Source: Gemmatimonadales bacterium (GTDB lineage: Bacteria; Gemmatimonadota; Gemmatimonadetes; Gemmatimonadales; GWC2-71-9). From it: a stretch of DNA of 64,000 bases. Positions 8,109 to 15,786 of the stretch are shown in pieces (position 1 is the stretch's first letter; each line of letters opens with the position of its first letter). The notes under the pieces are model-generated. The model was not told the DNA's origin and did not search any database. It saw only the letters and a list, made by a program, of their open reading frames with translations. The translations under genes and the position numbers were made by a program. The stretch spans positions 109,209-173,208 of the forward strand of contig CBDFJJ010000007.1 in NCBI GenBank assembly GCA_965248285.1. The letters are read 5' to 3'.

Positions 8109-8136
8109 ATTACAGTATGGTAACAGTCCATGCTAC
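8109..8136. promoter_or_regulatory. 28-bp tripartite upstream motif D2
   Basis: Plus strand ATTAC-AGTAT-GGTAAC-AGTCCAT-GCTAC. It is tandem to D1 (29-bp period) and lies 114 nt from the -24 element of promoter E. Confidence 0.55.
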
Positions 8137-8250
8137 CCGCCCTGGAGGTGGTCTAGCCGTCCTGAAGGACCGCAAACCGGAACTGGCCGGTCTCTTCAAC
8201 CGGGACAGGACTTGCAGGTGTCAAGATCGTTGGTCGAGGAGGTAGACTTT

Positions 8251-8266
8251 TGGTATCACGGATGCA
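8251..8266 (+). promoter_or_regulatory. Candidate sigma-54 type promoter E (drives the REC-Hpt-HK operon)
   Basis: Plus strand TGGTATCACGGATGCA: GG-N10-GC spacing is exact and the -12 ATGC matches promoters B and C, but the -24 hexamer TGGTAT is weaker. It lies about 70 nt upstream of ATG 8336. Confidence 0.35.
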
Positions 8267-8335
8267 ATACTTGCCGATCGAAGGCATCGTTACAGGGCCG
8301 CTGCTCCTTCGACCACCTCGGAGCGCCAAGGGCGA

Positions 8336-8719
8336 ATGTCAACACCCTTCCGGATAGTCATAATCGACGATGACGCTGATCTTCGGGAGCTGATCAAAGT
8401 GACGTTGGAGTTTACGGCTGGTTGGGAGGTTGTAACGGCTGCCGACGGCCCCGAGGGGATTGCCGCCGTACGGCGGTCGACGCCCGACGCCGTCGTGGTA
8501 GACCTTATGATGCCCGGCATGGACGGCTATGAGGTGTGCCGTCAGCTTCGTCAGGATCCTGAAACGGCAGAGATTCACCTTGTCCTGCTGACCGCCCGCA
8601 GGCAGCTTGACCAGGCGCAATTCGAGTCCGCGGGTTCCGTGGGGGTCATCTTCAAACCATTCGAACTGGACGACCTCGCACCCCGCATTCTTGAACTTTG
8701 TGGATCCCGGGATGGTTGA
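8336..8719 (+). CDS. Single-domain response regulator (CheY-like receiver)
   Basis: FRIVIIDDDADLRELI..AVVVDLMMPGMDGYEV..VLLTAR..IFKPF: the canonical REC acidic pocket, phospho-Asp and Lys. Confidence 0.9.
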   Translation: MSTPFRIVIIDDDADLRELIKVTLEFTAGWEVVTAADGPEGIAAVRRSTPDAVVVDLMMPGMDGYEVCRQLRQDPETAEIHLVLLTARRQLDQAQFESAGSVGVIFKPFELDDLAPRILELCGSRDG

Positions 8720-9086
8720 CGATCAGGACCGGGGCGCTGCCGGTCACGATGCCCAGCTGGCCGAGATTCACCGCCAGTTTTCCCAGGGGTTGCCCGCTCG
8801 ACTAGAAATCCTGCGATCCGCCTTAGTCGAACTCACAGAAGGCTACCAACAGGCCATGGCCGAAAGTTTCTATCGCGCGGCGCACTCACTCAAGGGAACT
8901 GCGGCGTCCTTCGGTACCCCCGATCTGGCAGCGCACGCTGCACTCCTCGCTGATCTGGGAGACGGGTGGGTGCGGCGCCACGCTGCCCCGCACGACGAAA
9001 TCTCGTCTGCGTCCGCCGAGCTTCAGCGACTCGAAGCGACGATGGAGGCATACACAGGAAGAGTGGAGGGCGGCGGAGCAGAATGA
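8712..9086 (+). CDS. Hpt (histidine phosphotransfer) domain protein
   Basis: ORF 8607..9086 trimmed to ATG 8712, which overlaps the upstream stop. Hpt signature: FYRAAHSLKGTAASFG. Confidence 0.8.
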   Translation: MVDDQDRGAAGHDAQLAEIHRQFSQGLPARLEILRSALVELTEGYQQAMAESFYRAAHSLKGTAASFGTPDLAAHAALLADLGDGWVRRHAAPHDEISSASAELQRLEATMEAYTGRVEGGGAE

Positions 9087-10789
9087 CGCCGCAACGCGAC
9101 TCGCGGACCCTCTCAGACACCGATCGGCTCGAAGTTGTCGGTGAGCTCGCTGCACTGATCAACACAAAGTTCGATCTGAACGAGATTTTCGAGGCGGCCA
9201 TCCTGAAGCTGCGGCGCGTGATGGAATTCCGCCGTGCCAGTGTGCTGCTCCTCTCCGAAGACCGACACCACTATTACCTGCACACTTTATACGACGCGGA
9301 CAGCGGCGGGTTTGTCCAGTTGTTACAGGAGTTCAGCCTCGACGAGGGTCGCCCCGGAAAGGTGATCCGCACCGGGCAAGCGATGCTGGTGAACGAGTTC
9401 GAGGGCACTGAGGGAATCCGCAGCAAGGGTGAGCAACAAGTGTCAGCGCTAATTGTCCCACTTCGAGTGGAAGACGATGTCATAGGAACGCTCAACTTTG
9501 GAGTTGGCAGCACTAAGATTTACCGGGAGGAGGACCTGGAACTCGCGATCCTGCTGGCGCGACCGATCGAAACGTCACTGCACTACTCCAGGCTTTTCGC
9601 TACGATCCAAAGCCAGCGGGAACAACTGGCGATTGAAAATGCGCAAGTTCAGTCCGAGCGAACCCGCCTAGAAGCCCTCATCGAAGCAAGCGACGCTGCA
9701 ATTCTTATGGTAAGCGACGACATTGTCGCTCACGCAAACGGCACCATGGCTCGCCTGCTCGGCGTTCCCCTCGAAACCCTCGTGGGGGCGCCGATGGAAC
9801 ACATCAATCAGGCGGTTGCCCAGTCGCTGGCTGACCCCGAGGCGCTTGCCGTACAGACCGCCGCGCTCAATCGGGCAAGCCCGCCGCTGCGGGACCGAGT
9901 TGAATTCGTCTTTCCACGTCGGGCCATTTGCCAGCGCACGGTGGCTACGGTGCCCGGGGTGGGGGGCGACGTGCTGGGCTTTTTGCTGCTTTACCGCGAC
10001 GTCACGCGCGAAGCCGACGCGGAAGCCGCTAAGGACGAGTTCCTTGCCACAGTCAGCCACGAACTTCGCACCCCGCTCACCTCGATAAAGACTTCCCTCG
10101 GCCTGCTCGGGAAAGGCGCCGCAGGGACAGTGACCCAGCAGATGCAGAAGTTTCTCGATATCGCACTCCGCAATCTCCAGCGACTCATTCGACTGGTGGA
10201 CGACCTGCTCGACCTCTCCAGGGTCGCAAACGGGCGTTCCAAACCCACCCTCGTGCCGGTGTCCATTAAGGAAGCTACCGACCGCGCGGTGGAGGCTGTC
10301 CGCGGCTCTATTCAGGAGCGGGACGTCAAGCTGGAGCGCGACCGCCCCGCAAAGTCGATGCTCGTTAAGGGCGATGCCGATGGCTTGGTGCAGGTCGTCG
10401 TCAATCTCCTGTCCAACGCCGTCAAGTTCTCGCCCCGTGGGGGGCGCGTCACACTGGGCTGGCGGAAAGACGGCGACTTCGCCGTCCTCGAGATCTCGGA
10501 CGAAGGACCTGGATTGCCGGCCGACATGCTCGAAACGATCTTCGACAAGTTCCTGCAACTCGACGGGTCGTCCACTCGCCGTCACGAAGGAGTCGGGTTG
10601 GGACTTCACATCAGTCAGATCATAGTCGAAGATTTCGGGGGCAGGATCTGGGCGGAGAGCGAGGACGGGCAGGGATCTCGGTTCTTCGTCCGACTGGCGC
10701 TGGCCGACGCAGCTCCCAAACCCAATGAGATCGAAGGTCAGATCAAAACCGTCCAGGCCGAGGAGGGTCATCGTGGAGAAGAATCCTGA
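9083..10789 (+). CDS. GAF/PAS sensor histidine kinase
   Basis: ORF 8966..10789 trimmed to ATG 9083 (ATGA overlap with the Hpt stop). H-box FLATVSHELRTPLTSI, N-box NLLSNAVKFSP, G1 DEGPGL, G2 GVGLGLHIS. N-terminal GAF-like and PAS-like regions. No C-terminal receiver. Confidence 0.9.
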   Translation: MTPQRDSRTLSDTDRLEVVGELAALINTKFDLNEIFEAAILKLRRVMEFRRASVLLLSEDRHHYYLHTLYDADSGGFVQLLQEFSLDEGRPGKVIRTGQAMLVNEFEGTEGIRSKGEQQVSALIVPLRVEDDVIGTLNFGVGSTKIYREEDLELAILLARPIETSLHYSRLFATIQSQREQLAIENAQVQSERTRLEALIEASDAAILMVSDDIVAHANGTMARLLGVPLETLVGAPMEHINQAVAQSLADPEALAVQTAALNRASPPLRDRVEFVFPRRAICQRTVATVPGVGGDVLGFLLLYRDVTREADAEAAKDEFLATVSHELRTPLTSIKTSLGLLGKGAAGTVTQQMQKFLDIALRNLQRLIRLVDDLLDLSRVANGRSKPTLVPVSIKEATDRAVEAVRGSIQERDVKLERDRPAKSMLVKGDADGLVQVVVNLLSNAVKFSPRGGRVTLGWRKDGDFAVLEISDEGPGLPADMLETIFDKFLQLDGSSTRRHEGVGLGLHISQIIVEDFGGRIWAESEDGQGSRFFVRLALADAAPKPNEIEGQIKTVQAEEGHRGEES

Positions 10790-10790
10790 C

Positions 10791-12485
10791 GTGCCGCATC
10801 TTCTGGTTGTGAACCACCGAGTTTCCCACTTTGTAATTGTCTTGCTCTTTGCCATGACATCCAACCTCACCGCTCAAGAGACGCGTCCGTCGACCCTGGC
10901 CGGTCGCTCGACCGTGTATGCCCCACGCGGGGCGATCGCCACCAGCCAACCCCTCGCCACCGCAGCCGGTCTCGCCGTCCTGCAGCGTGGCGGCAACGCG
11001 TTCGACGCCGCCGTGACCGCGGCGGCCGTGCTCAATGTCGTGGAGCCCCATATGACGGGAATGGGTGGTGATCTCTTTGCGCTGTTCTGGTCTCAGAGCG
11101 AGCAACGACTGGTGGGCTTGGACGCAAGCGGCCACGCGGGCGCGTTGATGACGCGTGATGAGTTGCTGGCGCGCGGCCGAGAGAGGGTTCCCTCGAACGG
11201 CGCAGAAGCAATCACTGTTCCGGGCGCACTGTCGGGTTGGGCGGCGCTCTTGGAAAAGTACGGCACGATCAGCCTCGCGGAGGCACTCGCTCCCGCCATC
11301 CGAATAGCTGACGAAGGTTTCCCAGTCACACCGATCATCGCGGCGCAGTGGGGTGGTGCCGACCGCAGGCTCGCACGGGACCCGGGTGCACGCGCAACGT
11401 ATCTGATAGACGGAGAACGCGCGCCCCATGCGGGCGAGTGGTTCCGTAACCCCGACATCGCGGCGTCGTTCCAAAGCATCGCCGCCAAAGGACCCGGCGT
11501 TTTTTACGGAGGCGAGTTGGGGCGCAAGGTGGTGGACGGCGTCCGCGAGCTGGGTGGATTCCTCACCATCGAAGATCTCGCCAGTCACGAGCCGAGCTGG
11601 GTAGAGCCCCTCTCGGTCGCTTTCAAGGGATACCGGGTGTGGGAGCTTCCACCGAGTGGGCAAGGGATCGCCGCACTAGAAATGCTTCGGATCTTGGAGC
11701 CCTACGACCTGAAAGCGATGGGCCACAACTCTGCAGCCTACCTTCATCATCTCATCGAATCCAAGAAACTGGCGTTCGCGGACCTGGCGCGTTTCGTGGG
11801 CGACCGCGACCACATGATCGTTTCGGCCGAAGACCTCCTGTCTGATGAGTTCGTCGAGCAACGGCGCGCGCTGCTGAACCCAACCCGTGCCGCCGACCGA
11901 GTAGACCCAGGTAAGGCCGTAACGTCCAGCGAGACGATTTATCTCACCGCGTCCGATCAGCACGGCAACATGGTATCGTTCATCAACAGTATTTACTCGT
12001 CATTCGGCTCCGGCGTCGTCGTGCCCGGCACCGGCTTTGCCCTGCAGAACCGCGGCGCCGGGTTCACGATAGAACCCGATCACCCCAACACGGTGGCGCC
12101 CGGCAAGCACCCTTTCCACACAATTATTCCAGCTTTCGTCACAAAGGATCAAGGTGGAGAGCAGATTCCGTGGCTGAGTTTCGGTGTGATGGGTGGTTCC
12201 ATGCAACCGCAGGGACACGTCCAGGTGTTCTTGAGTCTGATCCTCTTCGATATGGACCTTCAGGATGCGATCGACGCTCCGCGGTTTCGGCACATGGGCG
12301 GCCGCCGCGTGGCTATCGAGTCACCTGTCGGGGAGGAAGTGCGTCGTGCACTCGAATCGATGGGACACGAGTTGATAGACGAAAGCGGAGCGTCCTTCGG
12401 TGGTGGGCAGGCTATCATGCGCTTGCTTCGAGGTTGGGCCGCCGCATCCGATCCAAGAAAGGACGGGATGGCGGCAGGACACTGA
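10791..12485 (+). CDS. ggt: Gamma-glutamyltranspeptidase
   Basis: GAIATSQPLATAAGLAVLQRGGNAFDAAV..HMTGMGGD and the nucleophile region TIYLTASDQHGNMVSFINSIYSSFGSG. ORF track start 10725 overlaps the HK gene. In-frame GTG 10791 (GGAGAAG SD) gives a signal peptide ..FVIVLLFAMTSNLTAQE. Confidence 0.9.
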   Translation: MPHLLVVNHRVSHFVIVLLFAMTSNLTAQETRPSTLAGRSTVYAPRGAIATSQPLATAAGLAVLQRGGNAFDAAVTAAAVLNVVEPHMTGMGGDLFALFWSQSEQRLVGLDASGHAGALMTRDELLARGRERVPSNGAEAITVPGALSGWAALLEKYGTISLAEALAPAIRIADEGFPVTPIIAAQWGGADRRLARDPGARATYLIDGERAPHAGEWFRNPDIAASFQSIAAKGPGVFYGGELGRKVVDGVRELGGFLTIEDLASHEPSWVEPLSVAFKGYRVWELPPSGQGIAALEMLRILEPYDLKAMGHNSAAYLHHLIESKKLAFADLARFVGDRDHMIVSAEDLLSDEFVEQRRALLNPTRAADRVDPGKAVTSSETIYLTASDQHGNMVSFINSIYSSFGSGVVVPGTGFALQNRGAGFTIEPDHPNTVAPGKHPFHTIIPAFVTKDQGGEQIPWLSFGVMGGSMQPQGHVQVFLSLILFDMDLQDAIDAPRFRHMGGRRVAIESPVGEEVRRALESMGHELIDESGASFGGGQAIMRLLRGWAAASDPRKDGMAAGH

Positions 12486-12573
12486 GATCAGCCTTAGTGG
12501 GCAGTAAGCAGTGGGTAGTAGGGTGTTCAAGTGTGCGCTAACGACTTGGGACTAATCCTTCTCGAAGACCAGC

Positions 12574-13973
12574 GAGTTATTTTCGAAAGTTGTGGATTGG
12601 AGGAATGAGAAAGGCGGCGTATCCTTTCGTGTAGTCAGTTGAAACGTACACGAGATCCGGTTGTGACGACCGGAGAAAGGACACGCCACCGATGTTGAGG
12701 ATAATAGAGAATGCGTCTGAGAGCAAAGGGAACGGACTGTTCGCAGACCTGGACGAGCTTGCCAGAGAGGGAGCTCGGCGGATGCTGGTGAGTGCGTTGG
12801 ACGCGGAAGTGACCGAGTATGTCGAGCGATATCGGATTGAGCGAGACGGAGAGGGCCGCGCCCTGGTGGTGCGCAATGGCAAAGCCCGTCCCCGCAAGGT
12901 GACGCTGGGTGCTGGTACGGTCACGGTGACCGCGCCACGGGTGCATGACCGTCGTATGCGGGCGCAGTTCACGAGCAAGATTTTGCCTCCCTATATGCGG
13001 CGGTCGCCGAAGGTGGCGGAGGTCTTGCCGGTGTTGTATCTGCGCGGTCTGTCGACGGGAGATTTTCGCGAGGCGTTGCCGATCTTGTTGGGTGAGGACG
13101 CATCAGGCTTGTCCCCGACGACGATCACGCGATTGACGGCGGCGTGGGAGGGGGAATACCAGGCGTTTCGCCAGCGTGATCTGCGTGATCGGGAGTATGT
13201 GTACGTCTGGGTCGACGGGATCCACTTCAACATTCGCCTCGAGGCCGACCGGCTGTGTACGCTGGTGATGCTGGGCGCCCGGGCGGATGGGACGAAAGAG
13301 CTGATCGCGGTGGAGGACGGCTATCGGGAGAGCACGGAGAGCTGGTTGGCGGTGTTGCGCGATCTGAAGCGTCGGGGGATGCGGGCCCCGGTGCTGGCGA
13401 TTGGGGATGGCGCGTTGGGGTTCTGGGCAGCGGTGCGGGAGGTGTGGCCGGCGACGCGGCAGCAGCGCGACTGGGTGCACCGGATGGCCAACGTGTTGGA
13501 CAAGCTTCCGAAACGTTTGCAGCCGGCGGCGAAGCGGGTGTTGCGCGAGATGATGTGTGCGGAGGCCGAGGCGCTGGTCGAGCGTTTCGCCACCGCGTAT
13601 GCGGCCAAGTATCCCAAGGCGGTCGCCTCGCTCACGCGGGACCAGGAGCACCTGTACAGCCATTTTGATTTTCCGGCCGAGCATTGGAAACATATCCGTT
13701 CGACGAACGTGATCGAGTCTGCCTTCGCGACGGTCCGGTTACGACAGCGCGTGACCAAGGGAGCGGGCTCGCGGAGCAAAGGGCTGACGATGGCGTTCAA
13801 GCTGTTGGAGATGGCGCAGCAACGTTGGCGGAAACTCAACGCTCCAGAACTTCTCCCCCTGGTGTTGGCAGGAGAACAATTCAAAGATGGTATGCAGGAA
13901 ACTGACAAAGAGAACACGGATCGGAAGGTCGCCGCTTGATCACTCACCGATCCACAACATTTGACAATACCTC
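12574..13973 (+). mobile_element. IS256-family insertion sequence, copy 1 (1400 bp)
   Basis: Imperfect 27-bp terminal inverted repeats: GAGTTATTTTCGAAAGTTGTGGATTGG and the reverse complement of CCGATCCACAACATTTGACAATACCTC. Perfect 9-bp target duplication AAGACCAGC at 12565-12573 and 13974-13982. Confidence 0.9.
12692..13939 (+). CDS. IS256-family (Mutator-type) transposase, 415 aa
   Basis: WVDGIHFNIRLE..ALGFWAAVREVWPATRQQRDWVHRMANVLDKLP..STNVIESAF fits the Mutator/IS256 family pattern. It is 4 aa shorter than copies 2 and 3. Confidence 0.9.
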   Translation: MLRIIENASESKGNGLFADLDELAREGARRMLVSALDAEVTEYVERYRIERDGEGRALVVRNGKARPRKVTLGAGTVTVTAPRVHDRRMRAQFTSKILPPYMRRSPKVAEVLPVLYLRGLSTGDFREALPILLGEDASGLSPTTITRLTAAWEGEYQAFRQRDLRDREYVYVWVDGIHFNIRLEADRLCTLVMLGARADGTKELIAVEDGYRESTESWLAVLRDLKRRGMRAPVLAIGDGALGFWAAVREVWPATRQQRDWVHRMANVLDKLPKRLQPAAKRVLREMMCAEAEALVERFATAYAAKYPKAVASLTRDQEHLYSHFDFPAEHWKHIRSTNVIESAFATVRLRQRVTKGAGSRSKGLTMAFKLLEMAQQRWRKLNAPELLPLVLAGEQFKDGMQETDKENTDRKVAA

Positions 13974-14671
13974 AAGACCAGCTGCATTCGCGCTTTGTCA
14001 CGAGCAGGACGCATGTCTTCGTTCCAGTCCCCGCACGCTAGAAGCATACGGAGACCGTGTTCTGCGCAAATCGACTCGAGTTCCCCTTCCATATATAGGC
14101 GCCACTCGAACCGATCCGTTGCCTCGCTCGAAGCGTATTGCAGGTCGACCACCAATCGCTGGTCGGAGTAACGCGACTTCTGCGTGATCGTCTCGCCGCC
14201 TCTGGACAGCGTGCGGGTACCGTCGAGCCCCTCGAAATGCTCTCGGTTGTATACATCGAGAACAAAACGTCCACCATCGACCAGTCGTGCCGCGATCTGT
14301 CTCACGACTAGTGCATTGGTCGCATCGTCGAAGTAGCCGAAGCTCTGCCAAAGACAAATCAACGCGTCAGCGCTTCCTTTTATCTCGGATAGACGCCGCA
14401 TATCCGCCTGAATATAGGCCACCGCGTCGCCGTCCCGGTTTTGTGCCGCCGCCAGCACGGTGCCGTTCCGATCTACACCGGTTACCTCGTAACCGTGCGA
14501 CGCCAACAACCGGGTGTGTCGCCCCGAGCCGCAACACAGGTCGGTGATCACGCGATAACGCGGCTGTGGCAATTGTCTCTTGAGAAACGCGACCTCGGCA
14601 GCCGTCTGATCTTCGGAGATCGTGTTCAGGAACACTGCGTACCACTTGCGCGAGAAAGTATTGCCTGACAC
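13940..14671 (-). CDS. Class I SAM-dependent methyltransferase with its C-terminus replaced by IS256 insertion
   Basis: Motif I VITDLCCGSGRHTRLLA. The last 11 codons (LRYCQMLWIGE*) are read from the IS end. Joining the flanks across the IS restores ..KARMQLVFEKD*. Confidence 0.75.
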   Translation of the reverse strand: MSGNTFSRKWYAVFLNTISEDQTAAEVAFLKRQLPQPRYRVITDLCCGSGRHTRLLASHGYEVTGVDRNGTVLAAAQNRDGDAVAYIQADMRRLSEIKGSADALICLWQSFGYFDDATNALVVRQIAARLVDGGRFVLDVYNREHFEGLDGTRTLSRGGETITQKSRYSDQRLVVDLQYASSEATDRFEWRLYMEGELESICAEHGLRMLLACGDWNEDMRPARDKARMQLVLRYCQMLWIGE

Positions 14672-14683
14672 GATGTGACTTTT

Positions 14684-14983
14684 CTAAGAACCCGGCTGCG
14701 ACAGCAGCTCCGTTATGAAAACGGCCCGATGGATTCTGTCCAGGTTTGGAAACTCCGCATCGAGATGAGCGTTCCCCTCGGCAATGATTTTGCCCTCATT
14801 GCCGCCACGCATTCCGCCGCCAGCCGATTCATCGTATTCCGCGTATAGCTGCTCCACTACGTCCATTCCCTCAACGATTCTGGCAATCGGAGCGAAGCCT
14901 TGATTGTCGAGTTCTGTACTGTCATCGAGATTGATGTACAGTTGCGTCGTACGGGTGTCCGGCCCCGTCATTGCATACGCCAC
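14684..14983 (-). pseudogene. Cyclophilin-type peptidyl-prolyl isomerase, C-terminal fragment only
   Basis: AMTGPDTRTTQLYINL..FAPIARIVEGMDVVEQL is the C-terminal half of a cyclophilin fold. An in-frame TGA lies 3 codons upstream of the GTG start, and the N-terminal half is absent. Confidence 0.6.
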
Positions 14984-15095
14984 AAATCCCTTTCAGTATG
15001 AAAAAAGGCAGGGACGTGGGGGTCGTTCGCCCCGACCTTGTGCCCGCACGATGCACACTGTCGCTCGCCGTAGGAGCCCGAGAACAACATCAGAT

Positions 15096-15658
15096 CTACT
15101 CGTAGCCCTCGAGCAATCGCTGCCGCGCGATATCGAGGGCCTCGGGAAAGCTGATCCGCAGCGCCTCAATGCGATAACCGTCCGCAAGGCAGTCGAGCGT
15201 CTGGTCACGAAAGGCAAGCACGTAGTGATTCTGCTCGGGGTAGCTAGACAGGTCGAACTGCGGATGGCGGCTGTCAAGTTGTTTCCCCTCTTCAATCCAC
15301 CTTGAGTTCTTGACCAAATAGGCACCGTGCCCGCCATAGCCACGTCCCACGAGCACGTGGCCGGCCTCCTCATTCGGGCCCCCGAATTCACGTCGCTGCA
15401 GCGCTCGAACTCCACAAGCGCGATTGGGCGCACCGCCTCGGACGCTGGATTGGCCATCCGAACGTATGATCCATCCCAGTTGGGATCGTGTTCGGCAATG
15501 TAGTAGAGCAAGAAGGTTTTCCAACCCGAGCACAGAAGGTGGGGCTCCGGAGCACCTTCGTCCCATATCGGGCTCCAGTATAGCGCGGTGGTGGTTTCTT
15601 CTCCCTTTGCCAGAGCCAGCTGACGTTCCGCCTTTAACTGGGACTGGTACGCTAACAT
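15096..15658 (-). pseudogene. Hypothetical protein gene with a frameshift
   Basis: The N-terminal part is in ORF 14993..15658 (MLAYQSQLKAERQL..PIALVEFERC). The C-terminal part is in ORF 15096..15743 (..EFGGPNEEAGHVLVGRGYGG..LLEGYE). The frames switch near 15370-15390 at a G/C run. No family recognised. Confidence 0.45.
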
Positions 15659-15786
15659 GCCTTCCTATTGGCAGGCGCCCTTCTACACCACTCCCGCATC
15701 GCCTGTAGCTTCGCTTCAAGCTCGTCCAATTCCGACATAGCACCTAGCCCTCAAAGCAGATCGGCTCACCGACGTTGGCCACCCTG

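Noticed and set aside
9668-10870. A 400-aa minus-strand ORF. Similar long antisense ORFs occur at 10743..11663, 28359..29384, 29783..30937, 44719..45645, 45911..46813, 47410..48420, 53750..54733, 57649..58356 and inside every IS copy.
   Set aside because: Each lies fully opposite a gene with clear family motifs. Their translations are Arg/Gly/Pro-rich and low in complexity, as expected for shadow ORFs in high-GC DNA. No motifs were recognised.
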